Position numbers and translations under genes: made by a program. DNA of 64,000 nt. It comes from Eimeria praecox (taxonomy: Eukaryota). The stretch covers positions 1 to 64,000 of the forward strand of contig OY986948.1 of assembly GCA_963920595.1 (NCBI GenBank). Direction: 5' to 3'. The notes below the pieces were generated by a model. The model made no database searches, was not told the origin of the DNA, and was given only the letters and a program-made list of their open reading frames with translations. This document shows, one piece after another, positions 42,001 to 52,920 of the stretch (position 1 is the first letter of the stretch; each line of letters opens with the position of its first letter).

Positions 42001-45000
42001 GCTGCTAGATAACTTTGCTTAGCATGCGCGCGTGGTCTCGCGTTCCCAATCTGTATCCGGGACACAAAGGCAGACTGTCTACGCATTTGCTGTGTCAGGC
42101 ACTCCAAGAGGCAATGTGAAATGCTACGCAACAACATTCTGATTTTTCCTTGACGTGAAGTGGGATTTAAACGTCAACACAGCTACCGTCCCTTCCCAAC
42201 AAGTAGAATGCATCTCTTCTAGGGTGTATCAAGCTGCTGACTAGCCCTTCTAATGTAAGCGAGTGAAGCTTTAGTCTGTGGAGGGTTTCCCAAAAGTACA
42301 GTAACACTGTAGGCGGAAAACGCAGCACAGCGCCAAACAGCAGCTTTAGCCTTCACAAGTGTATGGAGGGCCACAAGGTTAAATAATGCCGATCAACTGA
42401 GACAGCGAAGCTAACAAAACGCTGAATCTGTGCAGCCGCCACCAAAATCAAGTAAAAACGTGACGGTCACGACCAACGCTTGGCGCACCATGGATACTAA
42501 GAAATTATGTTTCCGAGATTGAAAGCACAATGTCAACTGCTTCGCAATGGAACACGGCCTGCGAAGCAGTTGACATTGAAAGGACGATGTCAACTGCTTC
42601 GCAGTGGAACACGGTCGCAGCAGCTTCTCAACAAATTTTCAACGGCGCCTATGCCACAGCGCCTGGCAGTAATCAGAGGTTCCGGAAAAGGCACCCACAA
42701 ACTGTCATAGAGCCATCATACAGCAGAGCACCAACTGCGCCTGCGACACAGGACCACTCGAGATGCCTGTAGCAACGGTGTACGAGCGCAGCAACGCTTT
42801 ACAAACGTTTAACGCTTTTTGTTCATGCGCGCCTGCGTCTACATGGTTCCGCTCAAGCAGCGGACTACCATGCTTTCCGTATGCACGCTTCCTGCATTGC
42901 ATGTAGCCACATGTATGCTTAAAGCAGTGAGGACGCACGTTCCCTCGCTGCTCGATGTGCCTTGTAGCACCTTACACAGTCCGCCTCTTCGCAACAAGCA
43001 TGGACCCTACCACCGCATGCACATCTCCTTCTTCCGCTAACAGGAAACAAAAGATATGCATGTGGACTAATTACTTCACACGAGCAATAGCAACTGTAGT
43101 TGCGGCAAACTGCAGACGCCAAATGCTGCCACCAGCGACCTGACAAACTGGCGCTGCTGAACCGCTTTGCTTAGCTTGTGAGCATGGCGCCACATTAGCA
43201 GGCCAGCTACAAGGTACAAGACTACGCTATCTACGCACGAACTGAACCAGGCATTCCTCCACTAATACACAGCTCAGCGCAATCATATTCTGATTTTCCC
43301 CTGATGCGCACTAATTTAAAGCCATAACACAGGTATCTCCCTCTTCAACCAAATAGCATCCATCTACACTACGGCACATCAAGCTCTCAACTAAACCTTC
43401 CCATACACAGGCCGGCACAGCTGTAGTCCCTGGAGGATTTCAGGAGCGTGCACTGTCTCGGTGCTTCCTCCACTCCAGTACAGTAGAGGACGTGACGGTC
43501 ACATCCAGCGCTAGCTGCGTCACCATGCATAGAAATTATCCATCCGGTGTTGACCGCACAACCAGCAATGCCGCAATATCCACTGCTTCGCAATGAAAGG
43601 CAGTCGTTGCATCTTTACTATCAATAGCAAACGCCCCTATGCCGGAGGTCCCTTCAGCAACTGAGCATTCAGGCAGAAAGCCTCACGAGCTGTTAAGCAG
43701 GCGTCAAACAATGCAGCGCGGGACTAACTCCTTCTATGATGCTGGAGCCATTCGCAAGGGTGACTGCAGCGACGCTACAGGCTCGGAACCCTCTGCAAAC
43801 GTGCAACGTTTCTCTGTGATGCGTCTAGGCCTATGCGAGTCTACCCAGCTAACGGATTCCAAAGCTTGTCCATTTGCCCACTGATTGCATTATCCTTATC
43901 CACAACTATGCTGACAACAATAAGAACAAGCGTTAGCGCGTTAGTTGATGCATGCTGCCACACCCAACAGCGCTGCCCTACTCTCAACAAGCAATGAGCA
44001 TGCCACCACATAGGCATTTCCTATTTTGGTGAGCAGGGATCCAACGGGATACATGGAGGCTACCTGCACTCAGACAAGCCATACAATTGTGCTTGCAGCA
44101 AAAGGCAGAAGCTAAACCCAGCCAGCAAAACGCTGACAAGCCGCAGCTGCTAAGCCACTCTTTGTGGCTTGTGCGCATGATTTCGCCCCCCAGCCTACCT
44201 CGAAGATATCAGATTAAGATGCCTACGCACTCGCTGCATCAGGCAGCCGTCCACTTACATGCAACGCGGATCAATCATATTCTGGCTTCCCCATGATGCA
44301 AAGTGGGGCTTACGCCACAACGGAGGTCTCCCCTTTAAAGCAAATAAGATGCTCCTCTTTTAGGGCACATCAAACGGCGGATTAAATCTTCAAATGTACA
44401 CTCGCAAAGCTGTACTGTTTGCGATATTCCTGAAGAGTACAGCAACAGTGCAGCGGAATGACCTTGTGCAAAGATGGACAGCGGCTCCAGCCTGCACAGA
44501 TGAATGAACCGGCACAAGGTCAACAGTACTGTGAAGCTAAGGAACCAGCGCTACCGAACAGCTTTAGCTGTGCTTGCGTCACTGCGATCAGGCAGAGAAC
44601 GTAACGATCCCGCCCACCCCTGGCTGCAGCACGAATGCATTGAAATTATGCATGTGGCGTTTAGCAGTGAGCAACCATCTCCGCAGTATCAACTGTTAAG
44701 CAATGGAACACAGATGCGCCATTTCGGCAACAAATTGTCAAACCTGCTCATGCCGCACGTTCATTCCGCAGAAGAGCATTTAAGTCGAAGCATTCGCGAG
44801 TTGGTATACAGCTGTCAATGCAGCAAGGAGTCAACTGCTTCAGCGATGCACGGCCGCTAGCAACGGCAGTTAGAACGACTTACGAGGTCAGTAACACTTC
44901 ATCCAGCTGCACCTTTGTCTGTAATCCGCATCCACGTTGACGCGATTCTGCCCAACCTACTCGTTCTCAAGATCGTATTGTACGAACTCGCTGCATGGAG

Positions 45001-48000
45001 TACAACTACAATTGTGCTCGCATCAGAGGGGGAACGCTGGTGCGCCCTGTTCGACGCGTGTTGCATCGCGCTTTGGCGACTGCCTGCACTCACCAAGTAA
45101 TATGAACACCGAAACAAGCCCTTCGTTATTTCATTTACTAGCATAGAAACAAGATACGCGCAAGCTAATAACATCACATGAATAATAACAGTTGTGATTA
45201 AGGCGAACTCCAGAAGCCGAACAAAGCCAGCAGCATGCTGACACGCTGCTGCTGCTAGATAACTTTGCTTAGCATGCGCGCGTGGTCTCGCGTTCCCAAT
45301 CTGTATCCGGGATACAAAGACAGGCTGTCTACGCATTTGCTGTGTCAGGCACTCCAAGAGGCAATGTGAAATGCTACGCAACCACATTCTGATTTTTCCT
45401 TGACGTGAAGTAGGATTTAAACCTTAGCGCAGCTACCGTCCCTTCCCAACAAATAGAATGCATCTCTTCTAGGGTGTATCAAGCTGCTGACTAGCCCTTC
45501 TCATATAAGCGAGTGAAGCTTTAGTCTGTGGAGGGTTTCCCAAAAGTACAGTAACACTGTAGGCGGAAAACGCAGAACAGCGTCAAACAGCAGCTTTAGC
45601 CTTCACAAGTGTATGGAGGGCCACAAGGTTAAATAATGCTGGTCAACTGAGACAGTGAAGGTACCAAACCGTTGAATCTGTGCAGCCGCCACCAAAATCA
45701 AGTAAAAACGTGACGGTCACGACCAACGCTTGGCGCACCATGGATGCTAAGAAATTGTGTTTGCGACATTGAAAGAACAATGTCAACTGCTTCACAATGG
45801 AACACGGTCGCAGCAGCTTCTCAACAAAGTTTCAACGGCGCCTATGTCACAGCGCCTGACAGTAATCGGAGGGTCGGGAAAAAGCACCCATAAACTGTCA
45901 TAGAGCCATCATACAGCAGAGCACCAACTGCGCCTGCGACACAGGACCACTCGAGATGCCTGTAGCAACGGTGTACGAGCTCAGCAACGCTTTACAAACG
46001 TTTAACGCTTTTTGTTCATGCGCGCCTGCGTCTACGTGGTTCCGCTCAAGCAGCTGATTACCATGTTTTCCGTATACACGTTCCCTGCATTGCATGTAGC
46101 CACATTTATGCTTAAAAAACAGTGATAACGCACTTTCCCTCGCTGCTCGATGTGCCTTGTAGCACCTTACACAGTCCGCCTCTACACAACAAGCATGGAC
46201 CCTACCACCGCATGCACATCTCCTTCTTCCGCTAACAGGAAACAAAAGATATGCATGTGGACTAATTACTTCACACGAGCAATAGCAACTGTAGTTGCGG
46301 CAAACTGCAGACGCCAAATGCTGCCACCAGCGACCTGACAAACTGGCGCTGCTGAACCGCTTTGCTTAGCTTGTGAGCATGGCGCCACATTAGCAAGCCA
46401 GCTACAAGCTACAAGACTACGCTATCTACGCACCCGCTGAACCAGGCATTCTTCCACTAATACGCAGCTCACCTGATGCGCACTAATTTAAAGCCATAAC
46501 ACAGGTATCTCCCTCTTCAACCAAATAGCATCCATCTACTCTACGGCACATCAAGCTCTCAACTAAACCTTCCCATACACAGGCCGGCACAGCTGTAGTC
46601 TTTGGAGGATTTCAGGAGCGTGCACTGTCTCGGTGCTTCCTCCACTCCAGTACAGTAGACGAACTGACGGTCCCATCCAGCGCTAGCTGCGTCACCATGC
46701 ATAGAAATTATCCTTTCGGTGCTGACCGCACAACCAGCAATGCCGCAATATCCACTGCTTCGCAATGAAAGACAGTCGTTGCGTCTTTACTATCAATAGC
46801 AAACGCCCCTATGCCGGAGGTCCCTTCAGCAACTGAGCGTTCAGGAAGAAAGCCTCACGGCCTGTTAAGCAGGCGTCAAACAATGCAGCGCGGGACTAAC
46901 TCCTTCTATGATGCTGGAGCCATTCGCAAGGGTGACTGCAGCGACGCTACAGGCTCGGAACCCTCTGCAAACGAGCAACGGTTCTCTGTGATGCGTCTAG
47001 GCGTATGCGAGTCTATCCAGCTAACGGATTCCAAAGCTTGTCCATTTGCCCACTGATTGCATTATCCTTATCCACAACTACGGTGGCAACAATAAGAACA
47101 AGCGTTAGCGCGTTAGTTGATGCATGCTGCCACACCCAACAGCGCTGCCCTACTCTCAACAAGCAATGACCAAGCCACCACATAGGCATTTCCTATTTTG
47201 GTGAGCAGGGATCCAACGGGATACATGGAGGCTACCTGCACTCATACAAGCCATACAATTGTGCTTGCAGCAAAAGGCAGAAGCTAAACCCAGCCAGCAA
47301 AACGCTGACAAGCCGCAGCTGCTAAGCCACTCTTTGTGGCTTGTGCGCATGATTTCGCCTCCCAGCCTACCTCGAAGACATCAGATTAAGCTGCCTACGT
47401 ACTTGCTGCATCAGGCAGCCGTCTACTTACATGCAACGCAGATCAATCATATTCTGGCTTCCTCGTGATGCAAAGTGGGGCTTACGCCACAACGGAGGTC
47501 TCCCCTTTAAAGCAAATAAGATGCTCCTCTTTTAGGGCACATCAAACAGCGGATTAAATCTTCAAATGTACACTCGCAAAGCTGTACTGTTTGCGATATT
47601 CCTGAAGAGTACAGCAACAGTGCAGCGGAATGACCTTGTGCAAAGATGGACAGCGGCTCCAGCCTGCACAGATGAATGAACCGGCACAAGGTCAACAGTA
47701 CTGTGAAGCTAAGGAACCAGCGCTACCGAACAGCTTTAGCTGTGCTTGCGTCACTGCGATCAGGCAGAGGACGTAACGATCCCGCCCACCCCTGGCTGCA
47801 GCACGAATGCATTGAAATTATGCATGTGGCGTTTAGCAGTGAGCAACCATCTCCGCAGTATCAACTGTTAAGCAATGGAACGCAGATGCGCCATTTCGGC
47901 AACAAATTGTCAAACCTGCTCATGCCGCATGTTCATTCCGTAAAAGAGCATTTAGGTCGAAGCATTCGCGAGTTGGTATACAGCTGTCAATGCAGCAAGG

Positions 48001-50107
48001 AGCCAACTGCTTCAGCGATGCACGGCCGCTAGCAACGGCAGTTAGAACGACTTACGAGGTCAGTAATACTTCATCCAGCTGCACCTTTGTCTGTAATCCG
48101 CATCCACGTTGACGCGATTCTGCCCAACCTACTCGTTCTCAAGATCTTATTGTACGCACTCGCTGCATGGAGTACAACTACAATTGTGCTTGCATCAGAG
48201 GGGGCACGCTGGTACACCCTGTTCGACGCGTGTTGCATCGCGCTTTGGCGACTGCCTGCACTCACCAAGTAATATGAACACCGAAGCAAGCCCTTCATCA
48301 TTTCATTTACTAGCATAGAAACAAGATACGCGCAAGCTAATAACATCACATGAATAATAACAGTTGTGATTAAGGCGAACTCCAGAAGCCGAACAAAGCC
48401 AGCAGCATGCTGACACGCTGCTGCTGCTAGATAACTTTGCTTAGCATGCGCGCGTGGTCTCGCGTTCCCAATCTGTATCCGGGATACAAAGACAGGCTGT
48501 CTACGCATTTGCTGTGTCAGGCACTCCAAGAGGCAATGTGAAATGCTACGCAACAACATTCTGATTTTTCCTTGACGTGAAGTAGGATTTAAACCTTAGC
48601 GCAGCTACCGTCCCTTCCCAACAAGTAGAATGCATCTCTTTTAGGGTGTATCAAGCTGCTGACTAGCCCTTCTCATATAAGCGAGTGAAGCTTTAGTCTG
48701 TGGAGGGTTTCCCAAAAGTACAGTAACACTGCAGGCGGAAAACGCAGCACAGCGCCAAACAGCAGCTTTAGCCTTCACAAGTGTATGGAGGGCCACAAGG
48801 TTAAATAATGCTGGTCAACTGAGACAGTGAAGGTACCAAACCGTTGAATCTGTGCAGCCGCCACCAAAATCAAGTAGAAACGTGACGGTCACGACCAACG
48901 CTTGCTGCACCATGGATGCTAAGAAATTGTGTTTGCGACATTGAAAGAACAATGTCAACTGCTTCACAATGGAACACGGTCGCAGCAGCTTCTCAACAAA
49001 TTTTCAACGGCGCCCATGTCACAGTGCCTGACAGTAATCGGAGGGTCGGGAAAAAGCACCCATAAACTGTCATAGAGCCATCATACAGCAGAGCACCAAC
49101 TGCGCCTGCGACACAGGACCACTCGAGATGCCTGTAGCAACGGTGTACGAGCTCAGCAACGCTTTACAAACGTTTAACGCTTTTTGTTCATGCGCGCCTG
49201 CGTCTACGTGGTTCCGCTCAAGCAACCGATTACCATGCTTTCCGTATACACACTTCCTGCATTGCATGTAGCCACATTTATGCCTAAAGCAGTGAGAACG
49301 CCCTTTCCCTCGCTGCTCGATGTGCCTTGTAGCACCTTACACAGTCCGCCTCTACACAACAAGCATGGATCCTACCACCGCATGCACATCTCCTCCTTCC
49401 GCTAACAGGAAACAAAAGATATGCATGTGGACTAATTACTTCACACGAGCAATAGCAACTGTTGTTGCGGCAAACTGCAGACGCCAAATGCTGCCACCAG
49501 CGACCTGACAAACTGGCGCTGCTGAACCGCTTTGCTTAGCTTTTGAGCATGGCGCCACATTAGCAGGCCAGCTACAAGCTACAAGACTACGCTATCTACG
49601 CACCCGCTGAACCAGGCATTCTTCAACTAATACGCATGTCAGCGCAATCATATTCTGATTTTCCCCTGATGCGCACTAATTTAAAGCCATAACACCAAAT
49701 AGCATCCACCTACTCTACGGCACATCAAGCTCTCAACTAAACCTTCCCATACACAGGCCGGCACAGCTGTAGTCTTTGGAGGATTTCAGGAGCGTGCACT
49801 GTCTCGGTGCTTCCTCCACTCCAGTACAGTAGACGAACTGACGGTCCCATCCAGCGCTAGCTGCGTCACCATGCATAGAAATTATCCTTTCGGTGCTGAC
49901 CGCACAACCAGCAATGCCGCAGTATCCACTGCTTCGCAATGAAAGACGGTCGTTGCATCTTTACTATCAATAGCAAACGCCCCTATGCCGGAGGTCCCTT
50001 CAGCAACTGAGCGTTCAGGAAGAAAGCCTCACGGCCTGTTAAGCAGGCGTCAAACAGTGCAGCGCGGGACTAACTCCTTCTATGATCCTGGAGCCATTCG
50101 CGAAGGG
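27060..50107. repeat. ~3.19 kb higher-order tandem repeat (three ~1.0-1.1 kb family-B monomers), about 7 copies
   Basis: Anchor atgaac(c/t)ggcacaagg at 27499, 30693, 33887, 38068, 41254, 44504 and 47676 (spacings 3194, 3194, 4181, 3186, 3250, 3172). The internal monomer motif ctacgcac...ctg...caggca is at ~27218, 28323, 29418 and 30412. The array ends abruptly after gagccattcgc at ~50105. Confidence 0.97.
42528..42603. repeat. Perfect 19 bp inverted repeat inside a 57 bp direct-inverted-direct insertion
   Basis: caatgtcaactgcttcgca (42528-42546), 13 nt loop, tgcgaagcagttgacattg (42560-42578), then aaaggacgatgtcaactgcttcgca. It is absent from the other higher-order units. Confidence 0.95.
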
Positions 50108-50679
50108 AACTGGGAAAGTCCTCTAAGGTGCTCAACAATTGCAAGTAGGGAGGAAAACGACGCCACATACATGTACTCTGCTCTCAATCCACCCAACTAT
50201 GGAACGTAAGGAGCACGCGCTTCGCCTACGTTCTGCGCAACGCGTTCATCAATGCCACTTTCACAAAGGCTCATCTCCCGGTAGTGACTAATGGTTGCTG
50301 CATCGTTCAAAAGGTAGCCCTCTCCCCACAGCATTAATCATCCTCCAAGACGGAGGATGAGGATTTATGGTTTGTGTTTGCCTTCTAATGGACGCTGCTG
50401 TTCGTTTCACACGGCCCTTTAATTTCAACCTGGAATATTGAATACGGGCCTCAGGTGCTGAGCCTCTTGCTCGTACCTGCGGCTTTTTTTTGTGCTGCAG
50501 CTTCATGAATCAAACTATCATGCTAGTAATGCGCTTGCCGCAGCATATCATAACCAACACTATGCCACGCCTGCATCCTACGTGTTTGCCGCCGGCTAAC
50601 ACCTAAGCAGCCAGGATGGCTTTGCCTTTGTTGTATCAAGCGGCAAGCATCCACCTCAGCGCTGCACGCCAATACAGGC

Positions 50680-51035
50680 CTGGATACTCAGTAACTGTAG
50701 AACCTCGCAAAATCTGTAGTAGTCATACTGCCTGAAAAGGGAACAGCAACAGGTCATGCGGACAGTGTGGTGGCTTGCCCAGTCGCTACTGGTTGCGACG
50801 AACCTCTGAGCCGAATATCAGGGCTTAAAAGCTGTTTCGAATTTGCGGCTTCTTGGAAACCCTGTGATGCACATGTCTGAGCGTTCACGCCTGCGTCTAA
50901 ATAGGTTTCTCTGCGCACTTTCTGGGTCGTACCCACGATTGAAACGCCCACCAAACGCATGGGCGAGTGCCGCCGCATCTACTGATTTGTAAAAAACAAC
51001 CACTGCCAATTCCCATCCATCAAGAAGAATCCACC
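50680..51035 (+). repeat. Diverged copy of dispersed repeat family C
   Basis: catgcggacag...actggttgcg...gccgaatatcagggctt...ttcgaa.ttgcggct...ccactgcca.ttc...aagaatccacc is shared in order with 58960-59305. Confidence 0.8.
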
Positions 51036-52069
51036 GCGACGCATATGAAGTCCTACAATCACCTCTCCGAATGTCGTCGCTTCTCGTGTTTTGTGCAGTA
51101 CACCTATTGTCTATTCTCGTTGAAAAGAAGCCGTCCGCCGGAGCTCAATCCAGAGTTCGAAGAGCTTTGAAACAGGGCGAAAAGATCGCACAAGATTAGA
51201 ATGGCCTGGAACCCGATACAGACTGCTGTATCGGAGCAGGGCACTAGCTGCTCCGATGGTCATGGGCATCAAGTTCATCGACCTGAACTACTCATATGCC
51301 CCGTATTGGCGCGTTTGTGGTCTAGAAAATCGGCCTTTGTAAGCGAAACATATTTCACACCTATTACGCACATGCTAGACCATTGTGTTTGCATGCTTGC
51401 ATGTAAAGATGTCATTTGCTTTTACGCCTTGGCTACCGAGCGCCTCGGCCCCCCCAAGGACATTGATATTGCCTATCGCCGCTTCCTGTAGAGCAGAAAG
51501 CATATTAATGCTGCAAACGGATATACATACACTATATCAGCGTGAAGACCCGAAAATCTGTAGTCGTCGTACCGCCTTGAAAGAATTTAGCTAATAGATG
51601 AGGGGAAGAAATAGCACGCTTCCTACTGTGGTCGGGGTCAAGCAGATGAAATTCAATCAAATTCCGCAAGGTGCTTAGAAACTGAATGGGCTACCAAACT
51701 CCGCGGAATGCATCGGCGCCTGTGCAGATGAACCCAAGCAGCGGACTGTGAAAATAGCCCTGAAAATAGCCCTCGCGTACTTCCTGAACGATGCGTTTAT
51801 CGCCCGTTTGCACGCCATTAGCGCATTGCCCGCGCATGCCTTGTAGTCTTACTATATCGCCTACCTTTTATTTGTCGCCCCCTGGCTATCATATCCAGAT
51901 ACGCTAAAGAATAAACATGCCTTACACCGCAGTGGCAAGCGGGTATTAGTGTAGAAGCAAGCAATGCTTGCTCTATTGCTACAGAAACGAGGGCGACGAC
52001 GGCAATCGGTGAACAGCAATGGCACCAGCTGTTTCCAAGGCTGTTCGAAATGCTCGCAGCCTGCTCACA

Positions 52070-52920
52070 AACCACGGATGCTGGTTAACCAATTTCCACG
52101 TCAACCGAAACGCTGGCAACCTGTCGAAAGTAGCAAATAGTTATTATGCCATTAACGCACTTTCTGCGTCGCTCATTGTCCGCAATTGTGCTCAAGCCTA
52201 TGCTTGCGGGCCACGCTCGGCCTCTCGAATTGCCGATGGAGCTCTGGCTTGCCACGAGCCTAGTAGCTGCCCCTATAAAGCACTAAGAAGCCCTAAACCC
52301 CTTCACAGCGCCATTACACATCACAGGGTCTGTTCGATTCGCTTTGCCCTGCATGCAAGCCGCAAAGTGGACATGCTCTATTGCACAAAATATGCGGTAT
52401 AGCCGCAAAGGATCATGAAAGGCAAGCACATTCGGCCCCGTCCCCGTAAACCGCCTCAATCGAGCAGCTCTATGCCACGTAATTAGCAGCCCTAGGCAGC
52501 ATAATCACATATTTCCGCGTCTTTGCTAAACAAGAGGATGTCTAAAGCTATCCATATTCGTACTAACTGTTTAATAGCACTTCGAAATCACGATCATATT
52601 ACCGCACCAGTGGCGTAATAATTCTCTTTTCTGTGCTTGGGGACCCCCGTGTATCCTCTTTTCGAGTCAGGCAGCATAGTACACGCTGCATATGTCTACA
52701 ATTTCATACAACCCGCATGCCCTCTAGTGTTCGTTGTTATTTGGAAAAGCGCAACAGCGAAACACATGAGGAAGGGGATGTGACGTACAATAACTACTGC
52801 CGTGGCTGCCGTGGCGCCGAAGCTCGGAAGCCAAGCAAGGCCACCAACTTGGCAAGAAAGTGTTATGGCCCATTAGGTTCCTGCTTTAGAAAAGCACTAA
52901 CAATAGAAAACGCCGCATGT
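52070..52920 (+). mobile_element. Possible decayed gypsy integrase remnant
   Basis: LSKVANSYY...IVRNCAQAYAC (HHCC zinc-finger-like), DGALACHEPSSCPY (cf. GLLQPL.IP..PW) and YLEKRNSETHEEGDVTY...KPSKATNLARKCYGPL (cf. Y.DKRR...F..GD.V...KL.P...GPF, GPY/F module). The DDE core is not recognisable and the spacing is shorter than in intact elements. Confidence 0.4.

Noticed and set aside
10735..50107. CRISPR-like repeat-spacer structure
   Set aside because: Whole units repeat, with no short repeats separated by unique spacers, and the context is a eukaryotic telomere.
10802..50209. Many recurring 60-190 aa ORFs in the arrays as a tandem gene family
   Set aside because: They overlap in several frames on both strands, are often broken by frameshifts between copies, and show no recognisable domain, signal peptide pattern or codon-position bias.
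52287..52301. Interstitial telomere-like ccctaaaccc
   Set aside because: Only about 1.5 units, which is expected by chance.
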